In this document: piece by piece, positions 18,772 to 27,869 of the stretch | Position numbering within the stretch: position 1 is the stretch's first letter | Layout of the letters: each line of letters starts with the position of its first letter | Assembly: GCA_036574205.1 (NCBI GenBank) | Contig: JAINCQ010000012.1 | Span: 1-64,000 of the forward strand | Direction of reading: 5' to 3' | DNA length: 64,000 nt | Source of the DNA: Elusimicrobiota bacterium | Lineage (GTDB): Bacteria > Elusimicrobiota > Elusimicrobia > Elusimicrobiales > UBA9959 | Translations under genes and position numbers: made by a program | Notes under the pieces: generated by a model | Seen by the model: only the letters and a program-made list of their open reading frames with translations | Database searches by the model: none | What the model was told of the DNA's origin: nothing

Positions 18772-19818
18772 TTATTTTTTATATTTAGCCATTATATAAA
18801 AATCCCTAACTTTTACAACCTCAATATCGGTGTTCTTTGAAATTATACCAATTATATCAGATGCTTTTCCTTTGTGAAGCAAAAGCTCAAAAACCGCAGT
18901 TTCCTTATCGTAATTTTTAACAACAGCAGTTCTTATTATAGGGATATTCCTGAAATATTTAATAAGATCATTGACTGAATTTAACGAAGAAACTCCATCT
19001 ACTTCAAATTTAACTATTTTCTTTTGATTATAGTAATTCAATATAGAATCCTTGATATTAGGATATACCTTTTTAACACAGTTTACAGATGCATTATTTT
19101 TAGCGTCCTGTTCAGTCAAACCTATTCCACCATTTGAAGCATTAAATCCACTTATAATCTCATCATTTTTTGTTTTTATATTTCCGCTAATTGTACAAAC
19201 ATATGATATAAAACCTCCAAGTCCCTCCGATGTATTAAATTTAGTTTGTATTTTACCATCAATAATTACGTCTGAATCTTTTATATCTCCAAAAACTCTA
19301 AAACTATCATTTCTAAGATCTGAAATAAGAGCATCTAAAGCAAAGCTTACCGCCTGTGTTTGCTCATCAATAATATTAGCATAGATAACTGGGCTTCCTA
19401 TTTTCTCAACCTCGTTCTCAAATCTTTTCAATTTACTGGCAAGATCTTCTTTTCTAACATAAGCCCTTACTTTAGTTTTATAGAAATTACCATCGATATA
19501 CTCTTTCAAAACTTCATACTTTTCTATATATCCCTCAGACCTTGAGGTTATTTCATCGTCTATAAGAACAGATTTTGAAACAAGGGTTTCCCCACTTATA
19601 TAAACACCCACTACAAGATGAAGAGCATTTTTAAGGGCATCTGATAAAGATGTCTTCTTTGCATTATCAATATTATTATCAACTATTGGACCACTCCCCT
19701 CAGCTTCAACAATCTCAACGTTATAATCTTTATTTAATTCAGATTTAATTATGTTTTTTCCACAGGAATTTAAAAGCAAACAAACCCCAGAAATTCCAAT
19801 ATAAATAACTTGCTTCAT
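18772..19818 (-). CDS. Lipoprotein with FlgT-N/LPP20-like N-terminal domain
   Basis: Lipobox LNSC; VEAEG......NAKK.SL.DALKNAL..VGV.I..ETLV...I...SEGYI..YEVL.E pattern. Confidence 0.7.
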   Translation of the reverse strand: MKQVIYIGISGVCLLLNSCGKNIIKSELNKDYNVEIVEAEGSGPIVDNNIDNAKKTSLSDALKNALHLVVGVYISGETLVSKSVLIDDEITSRSEGYIEKYEVLKEYIDGNFYKTKVRAYVRKEDLASKLKRFENEVEKIGSPVIYANIIDEQTQAVSFALDALISDLRNDSFRVFGDIKDSDVIIDGKIQTKFNTSEGLGGFISYVCTISGNIKTKNDEIISGFNASNGGIGLTEQDAKNNASVNCVKKVYPNIKDSILNYYNQKKIVKFEVDGVSSLNSVNDLIKYFRNIPIIRTAVVKNYDKETAVFELLLHKGKASDIIGIISKNTDIEVVKVRDFYIMAKYKK

Positions 19819-19923
19819 AAAACCTCTCTAATAAAATGTTGCTTATAATTGTCAGTAATAACTTCTTAACGCTGTAAATATTCTGATATATTTACTGACT
19901 TAAATAATACTTTTTAAAGATAA

Positions 19924-20373
19924 TTATTCAATTATCTTCAAACCCATATCTTTTAGATATTTTTTATCCAATCTAAGCACAACAACGCATCCATCATCAG
20001 CCGTCCATTCTGTCCTTACTATCTGAGCTCCTTTTATAAGAGCATCTATTTTGGTGGCAAGCAGTGAATCTGTTTCAATTGCCTTTTCAACTGTTATTCC
20101 ACCTTCAAGCTGAATACCTTTTATTACACTAAGCATATTATACTGTCCGTTTACTATTGCGGCGTTTCTTGAGGTAGCCATTTTTTGCGTTTTATTTTCA
20201 AGAGTCTGATCTGCCGCGCCAATTCCTCTGGCAAATATATAGTTTTTAGTTACTCCTTCTTCAACCCATTCCCTTTCTATTTCTCCACTTTTTGAAACCA
20301 TTCCTTTATCAGGACTTGATTTACAGCCTGCCATTAATAAGAAGCCCATTGCTATTAAGCAGATTTTTTTCAT
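19924..20373 (-). CDS. LPP20-like lipoprotein
   Basis: Lipobox MAGC; W......I.ARGIGA.......A.R.AA.......L...I.G......I.GA pattern; strong GAGGAGG RBS. Confidence 0.72.
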   Translation of the reverse strand: MKKICLIAMGFLLMAGCKSSPDKGMVSKSGEIEREWVEEGVTKNYIFARGIGAADQTLENKTQKMATSRNAAIVNGQYNMLSVIKGIQLEGGITVEKAIETDSLLATKIDALIKGAQIVRTEWTADDGCVVVLRLDKKYLKDMGLKIIE

Positions 20374-20398
20374 ATTACCTCCTCTTATCCTATTAATA

Positions 20399-20446
20399 AT
20401 TTTAACATTTAAGTATATTGACAGTCAATTTGTTTTTTTGTATCAT
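20399..20446. promoter_or_regulatory. Back-to-back sigma70 promoters sharing a palindromic -35 (ATTGAC-A-GTCAAT)
   Basis: Plus strand: TTGACA (20418-23), 17 nt spacer, TATCAT (20441-46). Minus strand: TTGACT (20428-23), 18 nt spacer, TAAAAT (20404-399) with an upstream TGn. Confidence 0.65.
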
Positions 20447-20533
20447 CTATTTAAATGCAGATCTTTAAAAGCTTGAATTTAATTTTAATTGAATTTAGGC
20501 TTTTACCTTATCTTTTTTAAAACCAGGAAAAAT

Positions 20534-21433
20534 ATGATAAAAGTTAAAAATGTTATTAAAAATTATGGAAATTTCAGGGCTTTAAAAGGAGTATCTTTTG
20601 AAGCTCAAAAAAACACAATAACAGCGCTTTTAGGACCAAATGGCGCTGGAAAAACTACAACGCTTAGAATACTTTCAGGATATTTATTTCCAGACGATGG
20701 CGATATAGAATATTTCGGAAAAAATTACAAAAACTCTGATTTTAAAAATCTGATTGGTTATGTGCCTGAAAATAATCCTATTTATGAGGATTTAGAAGTA
20801 AGCGAATATCTTAACTGGATTTCAAAAATATATGGAGTTGATTCATCAAACGTAAAAACAGTAATAGACAAATGCTCCCTTAAAGATGTGATAGGGAAAA
20901 AAATAGGAAGTTTATCAAAAGGATACAAACAAAGAGTATCTCTTGCCAAAGCTATAATACATAACCCTCCAATTCTTCTTTTAGATGAACCGACCTCAGG
21001 GCTTGATCCCAATCAGGCAAACCAGACAAAAGAATTGATAAAAGATTTAAAAGGAGAAAAAACCGTAATAATTTCCACACACATTTTATCTGAAGCTGAA
21101 AGCATATGTGATAATATACTTATAATAAACAAAGGAGAGATACAGGCATCCGGGAAAATAGATGAGATTATAAAACAATACTCCAGAAATTCATATACAC
21201 TGAAAATAGAAGGCAAAATAGAAATAGATTTTTCAGGGTTAAAAGAAATAAAAGAAATTGCCAAAACATATTATGAAAATGAAGTTCAATATATAATAGA
21301 ATTTAATAATGAAAAAGATATGAGAAAAGAAATACTTGAATATTTAATTTCAAAGAAAATTTCGTTATTAGAATTTTATAAAAATAGAATTACTCTTGAG
21401 GAAATTTTTACAAAAATTACTAAGGAGAATTAA
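20534..21433 (+). CDS. ABC transporter ATP-binding protein (GldA-like)
   Basis: GPNGAGKTT, GYVPE.NP.Y, LSKGYKQRV, LLLDEPTSGLDPNQ, STHILSE. Start placed at ATG 20534. Confidence 0.92.
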   Translation: MIKVKNVIKNYGNFRALKGVSFEAQKNTITALLGPNGAGKTTTLRILSGYLFPDDGDIEYFGKNYKNSDFKNLIGYVPENNPIYEDLEVSEYLNWISKIYGVDSSNVKTVIDKCSLKDVIGKKIGSLSKGYKQRVSLAKAIIHNPPILLLDEPTSGLDPNQANQTKELIKDLKGEKTVIISTHILSEAESICDNILIINKGEIQASGKIDEIIKQYSRNSYTLKIEGKIEIDFSGLKEIKEIAKTYYENEVQYIIEFNNEKDMRKEILEYLISKKISLLEFYKNRITLEEIFTKITKEN

Positions 21434-21436
21434 TTT

Positions 21437-22153
21437 ATGAATTATAATAATATAAAACTTCTTATAATAAAGGAACTAAAACATTATTTTAACACACCTC
21501 CATTATATGTTTTAACAACAGTATTTCTTCTTTTAATCGGGTATTTTTTTGCTCAACCGATGTTTTTAATAGCCCAGGCTAACCTTAATTCAATTGTAGA
21601 TATTATGCCTTTAATATTGACTTTCTTTATTCCAGCATTAACCATGAAACTAATTGCCGAGGAAAAGAAAACTCAAACAATAGAAATTCTTTTAACACTT
21701 CCTTTCTCAGAAGAAGAGATAATAATATCAAAATATATATCTTCAGTAATTGTAATGTTTCTCGCTTTTTTATTAATGTCTTTTTATGCGATTACCATAA
21801 TCATGCTTTCAAAACCAGACATAGGACATATTATAGGAACTTATCTGGGGTTGTTTTTACTATCTATCTCATTTATAGCAATTGGAATATTTTCTTCAAC
21901 CCTTTCATCAAGCCAGATTAATGCTTTTATAATAGGTTTTGCAATTTCATTTTTCTTTTACATAAGTGGTAAAACAACTTTTTTTCTTCCAATTTATCTT
22001 CAAAATATATTCAATTACCTTGGGACAGACATCCATATTTCAAATATATCAAGAGGAGTTATAGATCTAAAAGATCTTATATATTTTTTCAGTATAATTT
22101 CTGCTTTTTTATACCTTTCAGTTTATAGATTAAAAACAATGAGGATAAAATAA
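21437..22153 (+). CDS. ABC-2 permease (GldF-like)
   Basis: KELKHYF..P..Y, IPALTM.L.AEEK...TIE.LLT.P, SRGVIDL.D..YF. Confidence 0.9.
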   Translation: MNYNNIKLLIIKELKHYFNTPPLYVLTTVFLLLIGYFFAQPMFLIAQANLNSIVDIMPLILTFFIPALTMKLIAEEKKTQTIEILLTLPFSEEEIIISKYISSVIVMFLAFLLMSFYAITIIMLSKPDIGHIIGTYLGLFLLSISFIAIGIFSSTLSSSQINAFIIGFAISFFFYISGKTTFFLPIYLQNIFNYLGTDIHISNISRGVIDLKDLIYFFSIISAFLYLSVYRLKTMRIK

Positions 22154-22155
22154 CT

Positions 22156-23718
22156 ATGAAAAAGATAGAAATATTAATATTTATCTTAATATTGGTAATC
22201 TTAAATCTGATAGTTTCAAAATTAAATGTCAGATTTGATGCTACAAGAGATAAGATATATACCCTTTCAAAGGGAAGCAAAAATATCATAAAAAAGATAA
22301 ACGACAATCTCTTTATAGACCTTTATTATTCAAAGGAACTACCCCCTCAGATAAATACAAATAAAGAATATGCAATCTCAATGATAAAAGATTACGCATC
22401 TTATTCAAAAAAAATTAAATTATCAACCATAGAAATAGCAGAAAATGAGGATTTAAAAAGACATGCTCGAGAAGAAGGAGTTATACCAGTCAGATTTGAT
22501 ATAGTATCAAAAGAGAAATTTGAACAGAGAGAAGGGTTTCTGGGATTAACTATAAGATACAGAGAAAAAAAGGATGTAATCGGTTTTATCTCTGATATAT
22601 CAAACTTTGAATACGATCTTACTTCAAGAATTAAAAACTTAATAAATGAAAATAAGGAAAAGGTATATTTTATAACAGATTCAAATTCTTTATCATCTTA
22701 CAGAATAAATCCTCAGATAAAAGAAAAACTTTTAAATAATTATGAGATAAAAGATTTTCAATTAAAAGATTTATATAATTCAACAGAAAGTTTTGCAGCA
22801 TGTCTTGTAGGACCAACAACCCCTTTGAATGAAAAGGAACTTTTTTATTTTGACCAGATACTTGCAAAAGGAAACAGAATTTTTATAGCCTATGATATGA
22901 AATACACAACAATGGACAGCTTTTTTTCAAGGGATAATAATATAGGGATAGAAAAGATACTTTCTAAAAATGGGATAAGATTAAAAAATACACTTATACT
23001 TGACAGAAACTCACAGGCTATTCAAATTGGCTTCAGGCAAGGACCTTTTATCATTTCAAATATCGTAAAATATCCATACTTTATAATAACTGACAATTTA
23101 GACAGGAATCATTCAACAACAAAAGATGTTTATTCTTTAACAATTCCATTTGCCTCTCCAATAGAATATTCAACAACTTCAAAGCTTCTAATAACACCAC
23201 TTGTTAAAACATCAAGATACAGCTGGGCAAAAAAAGAGAATTCATATATAAATATAAACCCTTTTCAGGAATACACTTTATCGCAGGATGATTATAATGG
23301 ACCATTTACAATATCCATATTAGCAAAAGGCAGATTTGATTCATATTTTGAAACTGTGCCAAAAGAAATTGAGAAAGAGAGTAAAGGGAAAATATCTCAT
23401 ATAAAGCAAGGAGAAAAAGATTCAATTTTATACTTAATATCATCGTCTAAATTTATAACTAATGAAGAACTTAATCAGGAAAATGCTCAATATTTTACAA
23501 ATATAATAAATTTCCTTACACAGGATGAGGATATTATTACTATAAGGTCTAAAAAAGCAGGCTTTATACCTTTAAAAGAGATAAATGACAGGTTGAAGGT
23601 ATTAATAAAATATATGAATATTTTTCTGCCATCAATAATTTTGATAGCTATCGGTCTTTACAGATGGAAAAAACTTGAATTAGAAAGAGAAAAAGCTAAA
23701 AAGGTTTATACAAGCTGA
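22156..23718 (+). CDS. GldG-family ABC auxiliary protein
   Basis: N-terminal TM, R.DAT.DKIYTLS.GS, EYDLTS.I, C-terminal N....N..N.L......I.IRSK plus a TM segment. Confidence 0.88.
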   Translation: MKKIEILIFILILVILNLIVSKLNVRFDATRDKIYTLSKGSKNIIKKINDNLFIDLYYSKELPPQINTNKEYAISMIKDYASYSKKIKLSTIEIAENEDLKRHAREEGVIPVRFDIVSKEKFEQREGFLGLTIRYREKKDVIGFISDISNFEYDLTSRIKNLINENKEKVYFITDSNSLSSYRINPQIKEKLLNNYEIKDFQLKDLYNSTESFAACLVGPTTPLNEKELFYFDQILAKGNRIFIAYDMKYTTMDSFFSRDNNIGIEKILSKNGIRLKNTLILDRNSQAIQIGFRQGPFIISNIVKYPYFIITDNLDRNHSTTKDVYSLTIPFASPIEYSTTSKLLITPLVKTSRYSWAKKENSYININPFQEYTLSQDDYNGPFTISILAKGRFDSYFETVPKEIEKESKGKISHIKQGEKDSILYLISSSKFITNEELNQENAQYFTNIINFLTQDEDIITIRSKKAGFIPLKEINDRLKVLIKYMNIFLPSIILIAIGLYRWKKLELEREKAKKVYTS

Positions 23719-23742
23719 GTTTTCTTTTTATAAGGGAGGGAT

Positions 23743-24606
23743 ATGAATATTAAAAATCTTCTCATAGTTTTATCCTTAATTATATTGATATATATCGCTG
23801 TTTTAACTCTCAACCAACCAAAAATTTATTCAAATACCCCTTTTTCCAAAAAAATAGATACAAATAAAATAACAGAAATCACAATAACAAACCTAACTCA
23901 TGAGGTTAGTCTAAGCAAAAAAGAGAAAATATGGCTAATGACGAAACCATATCATTATAAAGCAGATAACCAGGAAATAGAAAGCTTAATTGAAAAAATT
24001 TCTAAGGCAAAATTATATGGACCTCTGACTGACAAAAAAACAGAATATTATAGATTTGAAATATATCCAGACTCATCAACATTAGTAACTTTAAAATCAA
24101 ATAAAACCCTTTCTCTTTTGATTGGAAAAGCAACTCAGGATTATAATGGAACTTTTATCAAATTCAAAGAATCTGATGAGATATATGAGCTAAAAGGTAT
24201 ATACCCATTTGATTTCAAAAAAAACTCCCAGGATCTTTTATATAAAAATATAGTTGAATCAGATATTTCAGAGATAAACTCATATGAAATAATATACAAT
24301 AAAAGTAAGATATATGATTCAAAATCTGGTGATAAATGGCTAAAAGAAAACTCTCAAAGAATAATTGAAAAACTTAAAGAAATAAGATTTAACAAAATAG
24401 AAAAGGTAGAAAAGGAAAAAGAGAAAATACTGGCAGAGATAACGTTAAAATCTCAAAACAATGATGAGCGTTTATCAATATATAAAAAAGGGAAAAATTA
24501 TATTATATTTAAAAACGACTATGAATTAACGATTGAGGATTCATACTCTAAGAAAATTGAAAGCTTTATTGATGAACTAAAAAAAGATATTTCCACAAAA
24601 AAATAA
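23743..24606 (+). CDS. DUF4340-family protein
   Basis: N-terminal anchor; I..I.I......L.K....W....P..YKAD, L.IGK; occupies the usual position after gldG. Confidence 0.75.
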   Translation: MNIKNLLIVLSLIILIYIAVLTLNQPKIYSNTPFSKKIDTNKITEITITNLTHEVSLSKKEKIWLMTKPYHYKADNQEIESLIEKISKAKLYGPLTDKKTEYYRFEIYPDSSTLVTLKSNKTLSLLIGKATQDYNGTFIKFKESDEIYELKGIYPFDFKKNSQDLLYKNIVESDISEINSYEIIYNKSKIYDSKSGDKWLKENSQRIIEKLKEIRFNKIEKVEKEKEKILAEITLKSQNNDERLSIYKKGKNYIIFKNDYELTIEDSYSKKIESFIDELKKDISTKK

Positions 24607-24623
24607 TCCTGAAATTTATAGAA

Positions 24624-27600
24624 TTATTTTACAGCAATCTTTACTTTTTTTGTCTGATTGCCAGAAATATACTCTATATAAACATCTCCTTCTATCTCAG
24701 ACAAAGCATTATTATATGTTATAAGATTATCTATCTCAATATCATTTAATTTCGTTATTATGTCTCCTTCTTTTATCTCTGTATTTAGCAAAAGAGAATT
24801 TTCAGAAAGTCTTGCAATTCTAACACCCTTGCCGCTATAACCAAAATCTGGCATAAACCCCAAAGAAATTTTTCTTTTCTTAATCGGCTTTTGTATTTTT
24901 ATATCAAGAAAATCAAGTCTTGGGTATTTTGAAATCTCATCTATTAAACTTAAAACAAAATCACCAGCCACCAAAAGCCCATCAAAATTTATATTTTCAT
25001 AAACATCTTTTGGTGTATGATAGTCAGGATCCCCCCCATCAAAAATCTGAATTGCAGGGATCTGTTTTTCTATAAAACTCATCTGATCGGATGAATCAAG
25101 TGGCAATGTTGAAATTTTATAATTAATCATTGTAGCAAGCGAAGCATTTTTTATTATACTCTGCCATTTTGAAGATGAATTAGAATTTAAAATGTATATC
25201 TCTTTATTAATTTTTCCAATAGTATCCAAATTTACATTAGCAAGAATCTTTGAAATTATATCTTTCGAAAGACTTTCTAAAAAATATTTTGATCCAGATC
25301 TTTGCTCCTCTTCTCCAGAAAAAAAACAGAACGCAAGATTATTTTTTTGGCTTTTAACTTTTGATAACAAATCACTTAACCCAAGCAAAACAGAAACACC
25401 ACTCGCATTATCATTTGCTCCCGGAAAAAAAGAATTATCTTTTGGGAAAAGGTGATCATAATGCGCTGTTAAAAAAATATATAAATCAGATTTTCCTTTA
25501 AGATATCCACAAATATTTTTTGTTTTATATTTTTTCCCATTAAAATCAACTTCAAATTCCTGTTTATATGAACCACCAAAAAATGGTAAAAAATGATTTT
25601 TCTTTAATCTTTTCTCTATGTAATTAGCTGCCTTTTCAATCTCATTTGATCCAGGATGTCTTGTCTTAAGCTTTTTTGATAAAAAATAGACATCTTTTTT
25701 TAATTTAAACTTATTAATAGAATATTCAGCATTTACTACTAAGGGACTAGAAGTTAACTTCAAATTAGAATAATCAAATTCATCAAATAAAAATATATTT
25801 GGGGAACTTTTTAATTTCCAGACACCGGATAAAATATTATTATTTTCCGAATCAAAAACAAGATAAGAATACTTTGAATAATGTGGAATTTTAAAAGATA
25901 TCAACTCTGATGAAATCTTATCTCTTGGAAAAAAGAAATTAACAGTATAATCAGGATTTTCAGGATTTAGAAAAGAAAATACAAAACTATTTTTATCAAA
26001 CTCATACTTTATATTATCAATCCAGATCCCTGAAGAATCTATCCTGATATTATAATCATTTTCTTTTAAGACTTCATTTAAAATACCAGTTTCTTTTCCA
26101 ACTATCCATAGATCAGTATTTATTTTAGATAAGTCCAAATCTTCTTTTCTCAAAATTTTATAATCTTTATATTGATATGGTTTAAGAAAACCAGAATATT
26201 CATCATCCAATAAAAAACTAACCTTCATTGCGCCATTTACTCTGGATAAAGTTGAAGGTAACTCTCTGTTATTTAATTTTCTTGGCATATCATACATTAA
26301 ATCAATCCCTAAAGCACGAGGTCTAGAGGATAGAAAAACATCAATTTTTTTGGAATCAAAACCTTTTAAATCAAAATTTAATATTTCATAAGAATAATCC
26401 TTATAAATAAGAAAAACAGGGATATCCATAAAAAAATTGCCGGTCTGTGATAAAACAAAAGAAAGAAGATAACCGGTAGAAGTTTCTTTTAACTCAGCAG
26501 AAGAAATACTTATACTTTCAAGGCCTTTTTGGTTAACATATCTATCAAAAGCTTCCTTTAAATCTACTTTTCCTTCTTTTTCAAATTCAACCCTTATATC
26601 ATCCCAGCTTGCCTCTTTAAACAAATTCTTTCTGTAAAAATTTCTTAATGAGCGAATAAAAACCTCATCCCCAAGTTTTTTCCTTAACATATGAAAAAAC
26701 ATTAATGCTTTTCCATAACCTATGGATTCACTCAAACCACTATGCCGCTCAATAAACTGTGAAAGAGGAAAGTCATTATTATCTAAAACAGAATCGTTAT
26801 ATTTTTTGATAACACTTATTCTATAATCAAGATCCTTTCCCTTTTGCTCTTGAATGGCATAATCCGCCATATATGCAGTAAGTCCTTCACACCAGTTACC
26901 TTTTTTATAATCAACAAAAACCCCATTCCCCCACCAGTTATGAAGTATCTCATGAGGATAAGATGTTATGAATATAAAAGGAAAGCGTATAACAGTAGGA
27001 CCTATTAAGGTAAAGGAAGGGAAAGCATATCCTGTTTCCCAGAAATTTTCCACAACTGCAAATTTTTCATAAGGATATTTTCCAATAAGTGATGAATACA
27101 TTTTTATGTATTTTAAGGCATAATCCAGATACTTATCAGCAAGAGTCTTATCTTCATTCCTTAAAAAAACATAAAGATCTATATCATCTTTTTTGTTATA
27201 TTCGATAAATTTTCCACAAACAAGCGGAATATCCAGATTTTTTAAAGAAGATTTCCATAGAGAAATATTTTTGTCATTTTCTATTTTCTCTTCTATCCTC
27301 TTTCCAGCAAGTACTACTTTATAATCCTTTTCAATAGAAACTTTTATAGAAAAACCAAAAGCCTCTTTTTTCTCCATAACCGGATACCAGTAACTCTGTT
27401 TTGTCAGATAACATCCATCCAGAGAAATAATTCCTTCTGTTTCTCTAAAACTCCTCTGATATTCTTCTGAAACACTTTTGATAGGATAATTTATAATACC
27501 AGAGTAATTAAATGAAAGCCTGTCAAATTTTCTTCCATTTTTATAATAAGCGGTATATTTTCTGTAAATTCCCTCTTCTTTACCATAAACAATAGTAAAT

Positions 27601-27776
27601 CCCTTCCAATCTATATTAAAATCTTTATTAAGATAAAAATCAACTTTATCAAGTTTCCTATCAAATTTTAATTCTACATTAACATTTAAAAAACTTTCTT
27701 GAGGATTTATATCTGCTTTAATATCATAAAAAACCTTAGAGTTTAAAAAAAGTGAAAAAATAAGAAAATAAAACAT
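24624..27776 (-). CDS. Exported M1-type + M28 double peptidase with C-terminal PDZ domain
   Basis: HEILHNWWGN...W.EGL (M1 gluzincin); AHYDH, GANDNASG, GEE, NLD, YHT..D (M28); LGFMPD..GV.I...I.EGD.I (PDZ). Confidence 0.85.
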   Translation of the reverse strand: MFYFLIFSLFLNSKVFYDIKADINPQESFLNVNVELKFDRKLDKVDFYLNKDFNIDWKGFTIVYGKEEGIYRKYTAYYKNGRKFDRLSFNYSGIINYPIKSVSEEYQRSFRETEGIISLDGCYLTKQSYWYPVMEKKEAFGFSIKVSIEKDYKVVLAGKRIEEKIENDKNISLWKSSLKNLDIPLVCGKFIEYNKKDDIDLYVFLRNEDKTLADKYLDYALKYIKMYSSLIGKYPYEKFAVVENFWETGYAFPSFTLIGPTVIRFPFIFITSYPHEILHNWWGNGVFVDYKKGNWCEGLTAYMADYAIQEQKGKDLDYRISVIKKYNDSVLDNNDFPLSQFIERHSGLSESIGYGKALMFFHMLRKKLGDEVFIRSLRNFYRKNLFKEASWDDIRVEFEKEGKVDLKEAFDRYVNQKGLESISISSAELKETSTGYLLSFVLSQTGNFFMDIPVFLIYKDYSYEILNFDLKGFDSKKIDVFLSSRPRALGIDLMYDMPRKLNNRELPSTLSRVNGAMKVSFLLDDEYSGFLKPYQYKDYKILRKEDLDLSKINTDLWIVGKETGILNEVLKENDYNIRIDSSGIWIDNIKYEFDKNSFVFSFLNPENPDYTVNFFFPRDKISSELISFKIPHYSKYSYLVFDSENNNILSGVWKLKSSPNIFLFDEFDYSNLKLTSSPLVVNAEYSINKFKLKKDVYFLSKKLKTRHPGSNEIEKAANYIEKRLKKNHFLPFFGGSYKQEFEVDFNGKKYKTKNICGYLKGKSDLYIFLTAHYDHLFPKDNSFFPGANDNASGVSVLLGLSDLLSKVKSQKNNLAFCFFSGEEEQRSGSKYFLESLSKDIISKILANVNLDTIGKINKEIYILNSNSSSKWQSIIKNASLATMINYKISTLPLDSSDQMSFIEKQIPAIQIFDGGDPDYHTPKDVYENINFDGLLVAGDFVLSLIDEISKYPRLDFLDIKIQKPIKKRKISLGFMPDFGYSGKGVRIARLSENSLLLNTEIKEGDIITKLNDIEIDNLITYNNALSEIEGDVYIEYISGNQTKKVKIAVK

Positions 27777-27869
27777 AAATCCTCTCCCTATAAAAACTAA
27801 TTTAAAGCAATAAATTATATAATTATATTATACACTATTCGCTAAAGCTTTTTTTTAAAAGGAGAAGTT

